A DNA stretch of 64,000 bases from an uncultured virus (IMG/VR IMGVR_UViG_3300034062_006192) (lineage: Duplodnaviria; Heunggongvirae; Uroviricota; Caudoviricetes), in IMG/VR virus record IMGVR_UViG_3300034062_006192. One strand, 5' to 3'. Within the stretch, counting starts at the first letter, position 1; every line of letters begins with the position of its first letter. A program made the translations under genes and the position numbers. This document shows, piece by piece, positions 26,437 through 35,400 of this stretch. The notes beneath the pieces were generated by a model, which had not been told where the DNA came from, did not search any database, and saw nothing but the letters and a program-made list of their open reading frames with translations.

Positions 26437-27456
26437 ATGACTGCCAACCCCGAACACATCAACCAGCTGGCCGCGATCATCCTAAAGGTTGACCGGGGGC
26501 TGTTTGCGCATGAACTCGCCGATGCGATCCTGAGCCACCCCGACAGCCTGTGGCAGCCGCCCGCCGCCCTGACCCAGCCGGAGGTGGGGGAGGTGGGTGA
26601 ACAGGAGATTGAAGCCTTCATTCACCAGTGGTGGGAGGATTTCGGCAGGGGCTACCTGCCAAACTCCAGCGACAAAGCTCTGGTTGCTGTCGCCCTCGCC
26701 CACTGGGGCCGCCCACCCGCCTCGTCATCTTTGCCCGCCAACTACATCGACCCCGAGCACCAAGGGGGCGATCTCAAGTTGTTGCAGACCTTCTACCAGG
26801 CCTGCCATACCGAGGGCGGAACGGCCGATGAGATCTACCTTCGGGGTCTCCGGGCGGTGCTGGCTGCCCGTCCCGCCGCTCCTTCAGCGCCGGAACCCGT
26901 GCCCGACAAACCCGCCGAGTCCCTTGCTGCTCGTTGGCTGCTGGAAAAGCTGGCCCGACTGGATGATTTGGTAGGAATAACCGTTGCCGAGGTGCGCCAG
27001 TTAGCGGCGCACGCCGCCGCGTGGCTGCGCGAGAACCCGCCAGGCCAGCCGGTAGCGATTGAGCCCCGAGGCTGCCCGACGCCAGGGGCCTGCTCCTGTG
27101 TTGTCCCCGCCACCCCGCCAGCGCCGGAAGTGATGGAGGTTTGTGAATGGCTGGAAAACCACGCCGCGCACTTGCGGAAGATGCAGGAGATCGGGGCGTG
27201 GCCCGAGACTGAACTGCAGGAGATGCTGGACCGCGCCGCCACACTGCTCCAGCAGCATGAAGCGCCCGCCCCGGCGGTGGTGCCGGTGGCCACACCCGGC
27301 AGGCAATGGCGCGAGGATGACGGCGCTTGCCTTTGGTGGCGGTTCCCGATCGAGGAGCCGCCTTGGTGTGGTGACCCGCGTGACGAAGACTGGCCCGGCT
27401 ATCACACGCACTTCACGCGGATTATGTGCCCGTTACCCCAGGCCGGGGAAGGTTAA
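26437..27456 (+). CDS. mosaic hypothetical phage protein
   Basis: Short modules joined by Pro/Ala linkers; C-terminal W.EDDG..LWWRFPIEEPPW module. Confidence 0.75.
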   Translation: MTANPEHINQLAAIILKVDRGLFAHELADAILSHPDSLWQPPAALTQPEVGEVGEQEIEAFIHQWWEDFGRGYLPNSSDKALVAVALAHWGRPPASSSLPANYIDPEHQGGDLKLLQTFYQACHTEGGTADEIYLRGLRAVLAARPAAPSAPEPVPDKPAESLAARWLLEKLARLDDLVGITVAEVRQLAAHAAAWLRENPPGQPVAIEPRGCPTPGACSCVVPATPPAPEVMEVCEWLENHAAHLRKMQEIGAWPETELQEMLDRAATLLQQHEAPAPAVVPVATPGRQWREDDGACLWWRFPIEEPPWCGDPRDEDWPGYHTHFTRIMCPLPQAGEG

Positions 27457-27709
27457 GCCGTGAACAAGATTCTGTGCCAAATAGGATTTCACCAGTGGCG
27501 CTTCCTTTTATCTGAGGTTGGCCATATTCCGCTGCGTGGGTGGCCAGTTGGAACCAAGTGCTCGCATTGCAGCAAGCTGCACCCCCATCCACTGCCACTG
27601 CTCCAGGGCGGGGATGTGGAGGCGTGAGCGACCACTCAACATGGGCCGACGTTGCTATGCAAATTGTTTGGCTCATTCCCGTTTGCCTACTTATCTGGAG
27701 GAAGACTTA

Positions 27710-28258
27710 ATGAGCAAACCCAAGCTCCTAATCATCGGCCACGCCAGGCACGGCAAGGATACCGTCGCCGAAAAAATCCGCGACAAGGTGGGCCTCGCGT
27801 TTACCTCCTCTTCACTTTTTGTTGGGTGGGAGCATGTTTGGTGGCAATGGGGTTGGAAGCACTATACCACCTTCGATGATATGTTTGCCGATCGAGCAAA
27901 CCACCGAAAAACATTGGCAGACTTAATTTCCGCTTACAACACTCCCGACAAAACGCGAACTGCCAAGACAACGTTGAACCGTGGATATGATATGTATGTT
28001 GGCATGCGAAGAAGGGATGAATTTAACGCCGGCCGCGAGGCCGGGTTGTTTGATCACCTCATCTGGGTTGACGCCTCAAGGCGCTTGCCACCAGAAAGCA
28101 CAGATTCAATGGAGCTTGTAGCAAGCGACGCTGATATATATTTTGACAATAATGGGGCACAGGAAGAATTGAATCTTTCTGTCTTGCAAACCATAAGCAA
28201 GATAGCTTTCGGGCTTGCTTTGCTTTTTCTTGCCCTGTTTTTATTCACAGAAACATGA
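27710..28258 (+). CDS. P-loop nucleotide (dNMP-type) kinase
   Basis: LLIIGHARHGKDTVAE Walker A, ADIYFDNNG; GGAGGA RBS. Confidence 0.8.
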   Translation: MSKPKLLIIGHARHGKDTVAEKIRDKVGLAFTSSSLFVGWEHVWWQWGWKHYTTFDDMFADRANHRKTLADLISAYNTPDKTRTAKTTLNRGYDMYVGMRRRDEFNAGREAGLFDHLIWVDASRRLPPESTDSMELVASDADIYFDNNGAQEELNLSVLQTISKIAFGLALLFLALFLFTET

Positions 28259-28962
28259 ACGAACCACTTTCCCCCGCCGCGCAGGCGATCAAGCACGCGA
28301 TTGACGAGGCCGATTCGTTTTGGAATGAAGAGGTTGCCGCCGCCACCCTCCAAGCCGCTGCGGCTCAAATGATCAGGACTGACGATCTGACGGACACCGC
28401 AGAGGACATAACCAGAGGGGCGGAGCGGCATCACCAGGCCGGCTGGCTTTGCACCATCGCCTCCGAATTGGAGGCCCCAATGCCTGAATGCCTTCCCATC
28501 ATTCCCGGAAACTGCGGCGTCGGCCAAAACGCTGACGGATCTTGGCACTATGAGCGGCTTCACGGGGCAACCCCGCAGGGAGCCGCGCCATGGGCCAATG
28601 CACCGGCCCCGGAGGGCAATGCACCGGCCGCCATCACCGCCGCCGACCGGCTGGCCCTGGCTGTGTGCCGTGCAATTGGTTATCCCGGCCCGTGCCATCC
28701 TTCGCAGATCTGCAACGGCTGCCGCAAGCAATCTGCCGCCGTCGCCCACGAACTGGCCGCCATTCTCAGGGAGCGCCACGGGGGCTCCTCCCAGGTGGCC
28801 GACTGGCTCGATGGAGTGGGCTGCCATCCGTCAACCGTGTTAGTTGACGCCGATGGCGTGCTGCCTGTTGAGCAGGGAATCACCGGCAACGGCAGTGGCG
28901 CATCGCTGCCGCTACTCAGCAATCAGCCACGGGTATGGGAGCCACTGCCGGGGGCCGAGTAA
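28255..28962 (+). CDS. mosaic hypothetical phage protein
   Basis: ATGA-coupled 235-aa ORF. Confidence 0.65.
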   Translation: MNEPLSPAAQAIKHAIDEADSFWNEEVAAATLQAAAAQMIRTDDLTDTAEDITRGAERHHQAGWLCTIASELEAPMPECLPIIPGNCGVGQNADGSWHYERLHGATPQGAAPWANAPAPEGNAPAAITAADRLALAVCRAIGYPGPCHPSQICNGCRKQSAAVAHELAAILRERHGGSSQVADWLDGVGCHPSTVLVDADGVLPVEQGITGNGSGASLPLLSNQPRVWEPLPGAE

Positions 28963-28973
28963 TCGGTGCATCC

Positions 28974-29519
28974 ATGACCAACCCTCCAACCGAATGCCCC
29001 AGCTGCCACGGCAACAGCTTCCGAACGGCTGACAGCCGGCTGAATCGAGATGGCCGCCGCCGCCGCCGGTATCGGTGCCACGGCTGTGAGTATCAGTGGA
29101 CGATCTGGGAGGGCGAGCGCAGCCAGTCGCCACCCAAGAAGAAGCAGCGCCGCCCGCTAAGCCCTGATGAGGTGCGCCTGATCCTGCTGTCCCCGCTGAG
29201 CAGCTGCAGCCTGGCCAGGCAGTTGGGCTGCTCCCATGAAGCGGTGTGCTCAGTTCGCCGCGGCGACACGCACGCCGGGCTGTGGCCGGAGATCCCGCGG
29301 CAGCGTGCCAGGACTGGCCCTTCGTGCCTCGACTGCAGCCGCTGGCGTGGGGGATCAAGCCCCTGCAAGGACGGAGTGCCGGAGGCGAAAGCCAGTAATC
29401 CCGGCTTTGCAGCCGAATGTGAGCTGTATGACCTGCGTGCGCGATGGGAGGAACGCCAGGGCCTCCGCGCCCAACTCACTGAACAAGCGGCTGCAGCACG
29501 GCAGACAGGCCCACACTGA
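28974..29519 (+). CDS. zinc-ribbon (NrdR N-terminus-like) plus HTH protein
   Basis: CPSC..TADSR..RRRRYRCHGC; SLARQLGCSHEAVCSVRRG. Confidence 0.75.
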   Translation: MTNPPTECPSCHGNSFRTADSRLNRDGRRRRRYRCHGCEYQWTIWEGERSQSPPKKKQRRPLSPDEVRLILLSPLSSCSLARQLGCSHEAVCSVRRGDTHAGLWPEIPRQRARTGPSCLDCSRWRGGSSPCKDGVPEAKASNPGFAAECELYDLRARWEERQGLRAQLTEQAAAARQTGPH

Positions 29520-29543
29520 AACCAGGTTCATCCTTGCCTCGCA

Positions 29544-30317
29544 ATGCCGCCAACCAGCTCCAAGCCCGCCGCGGCCCCCCCTGAAGGCAAAGCGATCGAG
29601 GCACCGCAGAAGCCGCTGATCTTCACCTTCCAGGCCGTGCAGGACACCTGGCTGAAGAAGAGCACGGCTGCTGCGGCCGATCTGCCGGAGGATCAGAAGG
29701 TCATGGTGCCTGCTGGCCACCAGATGCCGGTGGTTGCCAGCACAGAGCTGCAGGGCCTGGCGCATGAGCTGGTGGAGCTGGGCCATGGCGCCGGCCAGTG
29801 GCACGCCTACGCCCCCCACTTCCGGCGGTTGCAGGCCGCGGCGCCGGCGGCGGCCCCTCCAGCAGCGCTGCTCCTGCAGCCGGGGGCGATCGACTGGGGG
29901 AACTTCGACGCCCTGGTGACGCCAAACCTGACGGTGGGGGAGGTGCTGCAGTTTGACCGGCGGCGGCGACCGTCGGCCCAAAGCTCGGTGATCCCTCGGA
30001 TCCTGGGCACGGCGGCAGAGTTCCAATCGATCCGGCAGGCCTTGGGCCGCCGGTTGGGAATGACCAGCTTCTACCGGCCGGAGCCGATCAACCAGGAGGT
30101 GGGAGGCGTGCCCAACAGCTTCCACGTGTCCGGCCTAGCCATGGACATCTACCCGATCGGCCTGCCTCTGCAGGCCCTCTACGACTGGCTGATCGTGCGC
30201 TGGACCGGTGGCTTCGGTGACGGCCGGGATCGTGGCTTCATCCACCTGGATCGCCGCAATGGCGGCCGCTTCGTGCCCGGTGCCGGGGCCCGGCCCGCAG
30301 ACGTCTGGCGGTACTGA
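29544..30317 (+). CDS. endolysin, peptidase M15A
   Basis: TSFYRPEPINQEVGGVPNSFHVSGLAMDI...GFIHLD. Confidence 0.9.
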   Translation: MPPTSSKPAAAPPEGKAIEAPQKPLIFTFQAVQDTWLKKSTAAAADLPEDQKVMVPAGHQMPVVASTELQGLAHELVELGHGAGQWHAYAPHFRRLQAAAPAAAPPAALLLQPGAIDWGNFDALVTPNLTVGEVLQFDRRRRPSAQSSVIPRILGTAAEFQSIRQALGRRLGMTSFYRPEPINQEVGGVPNSFHVSGLAMDIYPIGLPLQALYDWLIVRWTGGFGDGRDRGFIHLDRRNGGRFVPGAGARPADVWRY

Positions 30318-31040
30318 TCAGGCCTTGGCTGGGCTGAGCACCCGGGCTCTGGAGGCCTGCAGCGCGCCGATCACAGCGGCCAGGCTGCCGTTAGCCTTGT
30401 TGCCGCCTCCGTCGCCGTCATACCAGCCCCGGCCCTGGCTGTTGGGCAGGCTGGCCCACTCGAAGGCCAGGTCGTCGATCGCGTGGGCCTGGTTGGTGCC
30501 CTGGAGGAGGAACCGGGCCAGCATGGGTCGCTTGCCTCGAAGCAGGATGGCGGTGGTCAGCCGATCTTGGTTGGCGGCACTGAACAGGTCCGAATCTGAG
30601 AGACCGGCCCGCGGTTGCTGCTCGAGGAGGGTGGAAGGGATCAGCTGGGGGGCCCCGACGGCAAACAGCTTTCCGTCCCGCTGCAGGGTCTTGATCTGGC
30701 CGATGGTGAGGTTCTGGAGGCCGCCAGGCCAGGGCTTGCCGAGGCTGTCGCCGGCGCTGCCACGGTTGTAGGCCTCGTAGGGGCTGGCAAAGCCGCCCGC
30801 TTCGTGGCGGTAGATCAGGTCAAGCAGAGGCCGGCAGGCCACAATCTCCTTTTCCCATGGGTTCTGGGCCGCTGGCCTAGTGGCGGTTTTGAGCCAGGTG
30901 TTCTTGCGGATGTCGCCCCCATCGCCGAGCCGTTGGCGTTGTTCGGGGGTGAGCATCGCCTCCACTGATCTCCAGAAGGCTTCATGGCTGGGATTGTCCG
31001 CCACCGTATGGGTGGCGTAACGCATGAGGGAAGGCGTCAT
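30318..31040 (-). CDS. lysozyme-like muramidase (lambda R / GH104-like)
   Basis: LLDLIYRHEAG..YEAYN..AVGAPQLIPSTL..FSAANQD..EWASLP. Confidence 0.8.
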   Translation of the reverse strand: MTPSLMRYATHTVADNPSHEAFWRSVEAMLTPEQRQRLGDGGDIRKNTWLKTATRPAAQNPWEKEIVACRPLLDLIYRHEAGGFASPYEAYNRGSAGDSLGKPWPGGLQNLTIGQIKTLQRDGKLFAVGAPQLIPSTLLEQQPRAGLSDSDLFSAANQDRLTTAILLRGKRPMLARFLLQGTNQAHAIDDLAFEWASLPNSQGRGWYDGDGGGNKANGSLAAVIGALQASRARVLSPAKA

Positions 31041-31339
31041 CGATCTGCGGTGGTGGTGGGTTGCTGGTGCTCAGCGGCAATGGATGGATCAAACAGCAGC
31101 TGCAGAACACGCAGCTCCATATCGGTGGGATCCCGGAGGACAACACGCTGCACGGCAGTGAAAAACACCATGTAGGTGGCTCGGCTGCCGCGCTGCATCG
31201 AGGAGATGATCTGCTCGTCGATCAGCGCAAACACCTGCGGCAGTCGCCGGCACAGATCACGGCCCAGCGCGTGCAGCAGCAGGCTGAGTAGACGGTTCAT
31301 CAGCCAGGGGATCAAAGGCTTTAGCAGCATTCCGATCAT
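31037..31339 (-). CDS. hypothetical lysis-region protein
   Basis: ATGA-coupled to the muramidase gene. Confidence 0.6.
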   Translation of the reverse strand: MIGMLLKPLIPWLMNRLLSLLLHALGRDLCRRLPQVFALIDEQIISSMQRGSRATYMVFFTAVQRVVLRDPTDMELRVLQLLFDPSIAAEHQQPTTTADR

Positions 31340-31346
31340 TGGATGT

Positions 31347-31619
31347 TTAGAGGATGGGGTTGGTGGGGGTGATGTCCTGGTTGGGATTTGACTCCTCCTC
31401 CTTACGGCGCAATGCCGGGTTGTAGGTGTTGTAGCCATCCACAAAACCGGCTTTTTCCGCCAGCCTTTTGAAAAACTGCACGCCGGCCACGCTGCCGCCG
31501 ATCACCCAGCAAGTGGGCCAGCCACCAGGAAGAGATGGGGAGATCTCACAGCGCACGGTGAAGGCCACACCCGCCAGGGCCAGCCAGACGGCGGTGGGGA
31601 TGATGAAAACCTTGCTCAT
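31347..31619 (-). CDS. holin-like membrane protein
   Basis: Two hydrophobic segments and a charged C-terminus; lysis-region position. Confidence 0.5.
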   Translation of the reverse strand: MSKVFIIPTAVWLALAGVAFTVRCEISPSLPGGWPTCWVIGGSVAGVQFFKRLAEKAGFVDGYNTYNPALRRKEEESNPNQDITPTNPIL

Positions 31620-31993
31620 TGACCTTTCCCCTCGCTCAACTGTAGTTGAATAGCCTGAAGCCGAAGGTCTGACTGTGAAACCATATTTCGTACATCTTTG
31701 ATTTCGCTTTCATTGTGTTCAAGGCGCCTAAATACAACATCGCGATGCTCTCGCATGTCACTGCGAATACCATCCAGCCCTTCTACAATGTGTTCGATGC
31801 CGACCGTCAGCGTTGCGATGGCCGTTGAGTTGGTCTTGTCAAGCTCTGCAACCTTGTCGCGCAATTTGGTGTCTTCCTTTGCAAGGCTCTTGTCGATGTC
31901 GTCCGCTTTTTTGGCGCGATCGGCAAGCATGCGTGTTATCCATTGCAGGATGGCTCCTGCAATCACAAGACCGATCCCCTCAAATGCGCCCAC
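31616..31993 (-). CDS. membrane-anchored coiled-coil protein (holin/hemolysin-like)
   Basis: N-terminal TM segment GIGLVIAGAILQWI; GTG start after AGAGGA. Confidence 0.6.
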   Translation of the reverse strand: MGAFEGIGLVIAGAILQWITRMLADRAKKADDIDKSLAKEDTKLRDKVAELDKTNSTAIATLTVGIEHIVEGLDGIRSDMREHRDVVFRRLEHNESEIKDVRNMVSQSDLRLQAIQLQLSEGKGQ

Positions 31994-32033
31994 GGATCCT
32001 CTGGTTCTGGGTATCCAAAGGCTAGGCCCGCCG

Positions 32034-32444
32034 CTACAGATCAAACACCTCGTCAAGCCCAGCCGTGGTAAGAATTGCCCGAATCCCGGTCAGCTCGGTT
32101 TCGGTGAATCCGCCCACGATTAGCACGGATGCCAGCGCTGCCTGCAAGGCGGGCACGATCGGAGTTCCAAACCGGGCCTGTGTTAACGCGTCTGACAGTT
32201 CCGTCATCGCAACGCCCATTGCTGGTGGGGCATCAGCGGCTTTTGCTCGGGCCAGAAAGCCCGCATACGCCGGAGACGTAAGCAGCAGCATGTAAAGGGT
32301 TTGATAGGGAACCCGAATTGCTGGGTCAACGGGCTTATCAATAATCTCCCATTGCTGTGTGAGCCGACTTTCGATAAGAATCGGCAGAGCAGGAATCGCC
32401 TCTTGATTGGGGCCGACTGCGGGAGGGGTGGTGGGGTAGATCAT
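32034..32444 (-). CDS. putative tail fibre assembly/chaperone protein
   Basis: TGATG-coupled downstream of the tail fibre gene. Confidence 0.55.
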   Translation of the reverse strand: MIYPTTPPAVGPNQEAIPALPILIESRLTQQWEIIDKPVDPAIRVPYQTLYMLLLTSPAYAGFLARAKAADAPPAMGVAMTELSDALTQARFGTPIVPALQAALASVLIVGGFTETELTGIRAILTTAGLDEVFDL

Positions 32445-35400
32445 CAGGCAAAAAAGCGATTTGAGAAGAGAACGCCGCCAACGGTTACGTTGGTACTGAC
32501 GTTGACACCACGGAAAAAGGCTTGCGCCCTAATGTTGTGAGGGTTGGAACTGGACAGCGTATAGGATTCCTGTGCGCCACCGGGAGAAGACGTAAGGGTA
32601 ACATCAGAGGTTACTTGTGCGCCAGTGATCGCGGATCGCCATACTGCGTTATCTACACTTCCGGGTCGAAGAAGCACCGCATCGCTGGCAACTGGGCTAA
32701 TCCCCCAGGGGCCCTTTGTTCCTCCAGGTGCATTACCGAAAACTCCAGCTACGCCTGCAAATTGGTTTGTTTTGGCGTACTGCTCGGCGCTTCGGCTAAA
32801 TCCGTTCAGGTTTAGTGTTGTGCCGGGAGCTAGGTCACCAATAATAGCTTCTAACGTGGCGCCTCTATTTGAACTAGTGGACGCTCTGTTTGCCATTAGC
32901 CCGTAATTTCCGTTGTCGTCCAAAATATGAATGCAGTTAGTATCGTAATTAGCCTGCCACTGATTTGTATTAAAATCATAGTTTGTCCTGTATCGCGCCG
33001 GGAAAGTGATTGAGGTGGTAAAGCCCGTGCCATTTACGGAATCATAAGATCCAACAAGGTTCTGGCTATGCTGCGTTCCAAACAGTAGCGCACTATTAAA
33101 GGTAACCCCTTTTGCCGTTGAAAGAGGTAAATCGCTTGAGGCAAGGCGGACATTGCCAATTAGGTAAATGCCGGACATTGACACACTACCAAGAGCGCTG
33201 AGCTTGATCAAGGTGTATGGATCCAGGTATCCCTTAAACGCTCTGCTTGGAGTTTGGGAGCCGATAAATACATCAACAATGCTGACTTGTCCATTTCGTG
33301 CGTCAATAAGTTCCCTGGTTCCTATTGTTACCATTTCCCCCCCGGCGGGGATCAGCCCATTAAATGATGCGTCCATAAATGCTGCATAAGTAATACTACT
33401 ACCCCTGTAGCCAGCTATTGCTCCGTAGAGAGCATCAGGATAAATTGATGTATCATTCATGGTTTTGGTTGTTGACAGCCAGCCTATTGCGCGAATTGAC
33501 CCAGCTTGATTGAACGTCAGCTTGGTAGGGCGAATAATGCCAACCCAAGTGGTGCCGGTTGCTTGTGAAATGGTAACAGCAGAAGCAAAGCACGGGCATC
33601 TAAATGGTGCGTTCGCGTCATGCAATGCTTTAACATTTGTAGTTGGCTTAGTTGATGCCGTTGTCCAACTTGCAACGGTATTTGTCTCTGGGAACTCATC
33701 CAGTGCGCCAATTACGTTGGCGATATGTTTAAAGGCAACGTCTCTCCAGTAGGGACCATCGGCTAGGCGGTATTCAACCGTCTCTTCTGGGCTGAAGACC
33801 GCATTGGCGTATTCGACTGCGCGGAAAAACAGGACTGCGGTTTCCCTTGCTGTTGGAGGATTGTCAAATAATTGCGCGCTAATTCGGTTTGGGTCCAAGG
33901 CGAGTGTCCCGTTGACCCCGCTAAAGTTGTAGGTTGAGCCAGTAGCAGCATTGTCTGGGGCCACGTAAAGAACGGCGACCCCAGTCCTGCGAGTGACGAC
34001 GCCTGCCTGCCTGGCCCAGTAATTCAAGCCCGGCAGACTAACTAATTCCGGCCTGGAATTTAGACTTGCATTAAGCTCAGTATCATTAGCGCCAGCGATT
34101 GTACTCCTACTGCGTAGCGCGGCGGCGTCAGCCAGTACGCCGGTGCCGTAGCGGTTGGCCTGCATCGCTATTGACTCGCCACCGTCCAGCGCCGCCAGGC
34201 CGCTGACATCAAGGGTTCCGGTGATCGTTAGGTTTTCAACTGATATGTCATTGAACTGGGTTGACATTGATTGATCGCTTTCGCCGCCAATCCCCTCGAC
34301 CGCCACCACCTCTCCGGTATCGGTGCTAATCAGCCCCTGATTGGTGACCTCATACCCATCCTTGTTGATCCCCCTCACCTCCACCCGGCCGCCCTGCTCG
34401 TGAGCAAAGTTGGCATTGAACTCGTTGAGGGGACTGAGCTGGCGGCGAGCGCGAGGCAAGGCTCGGGAGTAGTTCCAGAAACCCACACCGTTGAGGTTCT
34501 GACCCAGCAGCTGAATGAACGACGGCTGCCTGAACTCCAGCGCCCAGTTGGCGCGTTCGCTGGCAGCACCACCGCTCGGAGCCGTGGGGAAATGTGTGGC
34601 GTTTGCTGGATCCAGCTCACGGCTGGCCTCGGTGCGCGGCACCAGGGCGGCATGAGCAGCGGTGCTGGTGAACCCCAGCGCCAGCAGCAGCGCCAGGGCG
34701 CCCCGGTAGTCGGTGGCGCTGCGCAGTTGATCGCGCACGCTGCCGGCATTGCTGTAGATCGTGCTCCACGTGATCCCGCAGGTAGCGGTCACATCGCTGG
34801 AAGCGTCGGTGTCGGTATCGAAGATCAGAACCGGTGCTTCCAGCGTGGTGGGATCCTCGGCGTTGTAAGAGCTCTCCTGCTGGACGTAGCTCTGCTGCCA
34901 CAGGTCAGCATTCGGGACGCTGCCGCTCGATGTGAAAGTGCTCTTTGCGGTGTAGTGCTTAGAGCCGTGCTTCACCGTCTGGCCCTGGCGGTAGAAAAAC
35001 CCGGCGGCATACACCTCATCAGGGCAGCAACGGCGGAGCGTGACCTCTGCCGAGAGCACCACACCGGCGCCTTCCGCCGGGATGGCGTTGGTTTGGGTGA
35101 CGGCCAGCACTTCGGCGCCGCCGGGGGCCAGGGCACGGCTGATCCCACCGCCTCCAACGCCAGGACGAGTCTGGATGATGGAATTGCGCAGCGGCACCCT
35201 TGCGCTGGTGGTGTTCGCCAGCCTGAGCGTCACCTGCCGCTGCGCTCTCGAGCGGGTATCAATGAGCCGACGAACGTAGACCCGGCGGCCGACAGCACGA
35301 GAGACACCGCTATCAGTTCCAATGGCTTCACCAGTTCCGGCCTGGGCGGCGGCGGCCGTGATGGCAATGGCGGTGGGTGTGGCGCTGCTCCAGGCGTTTG

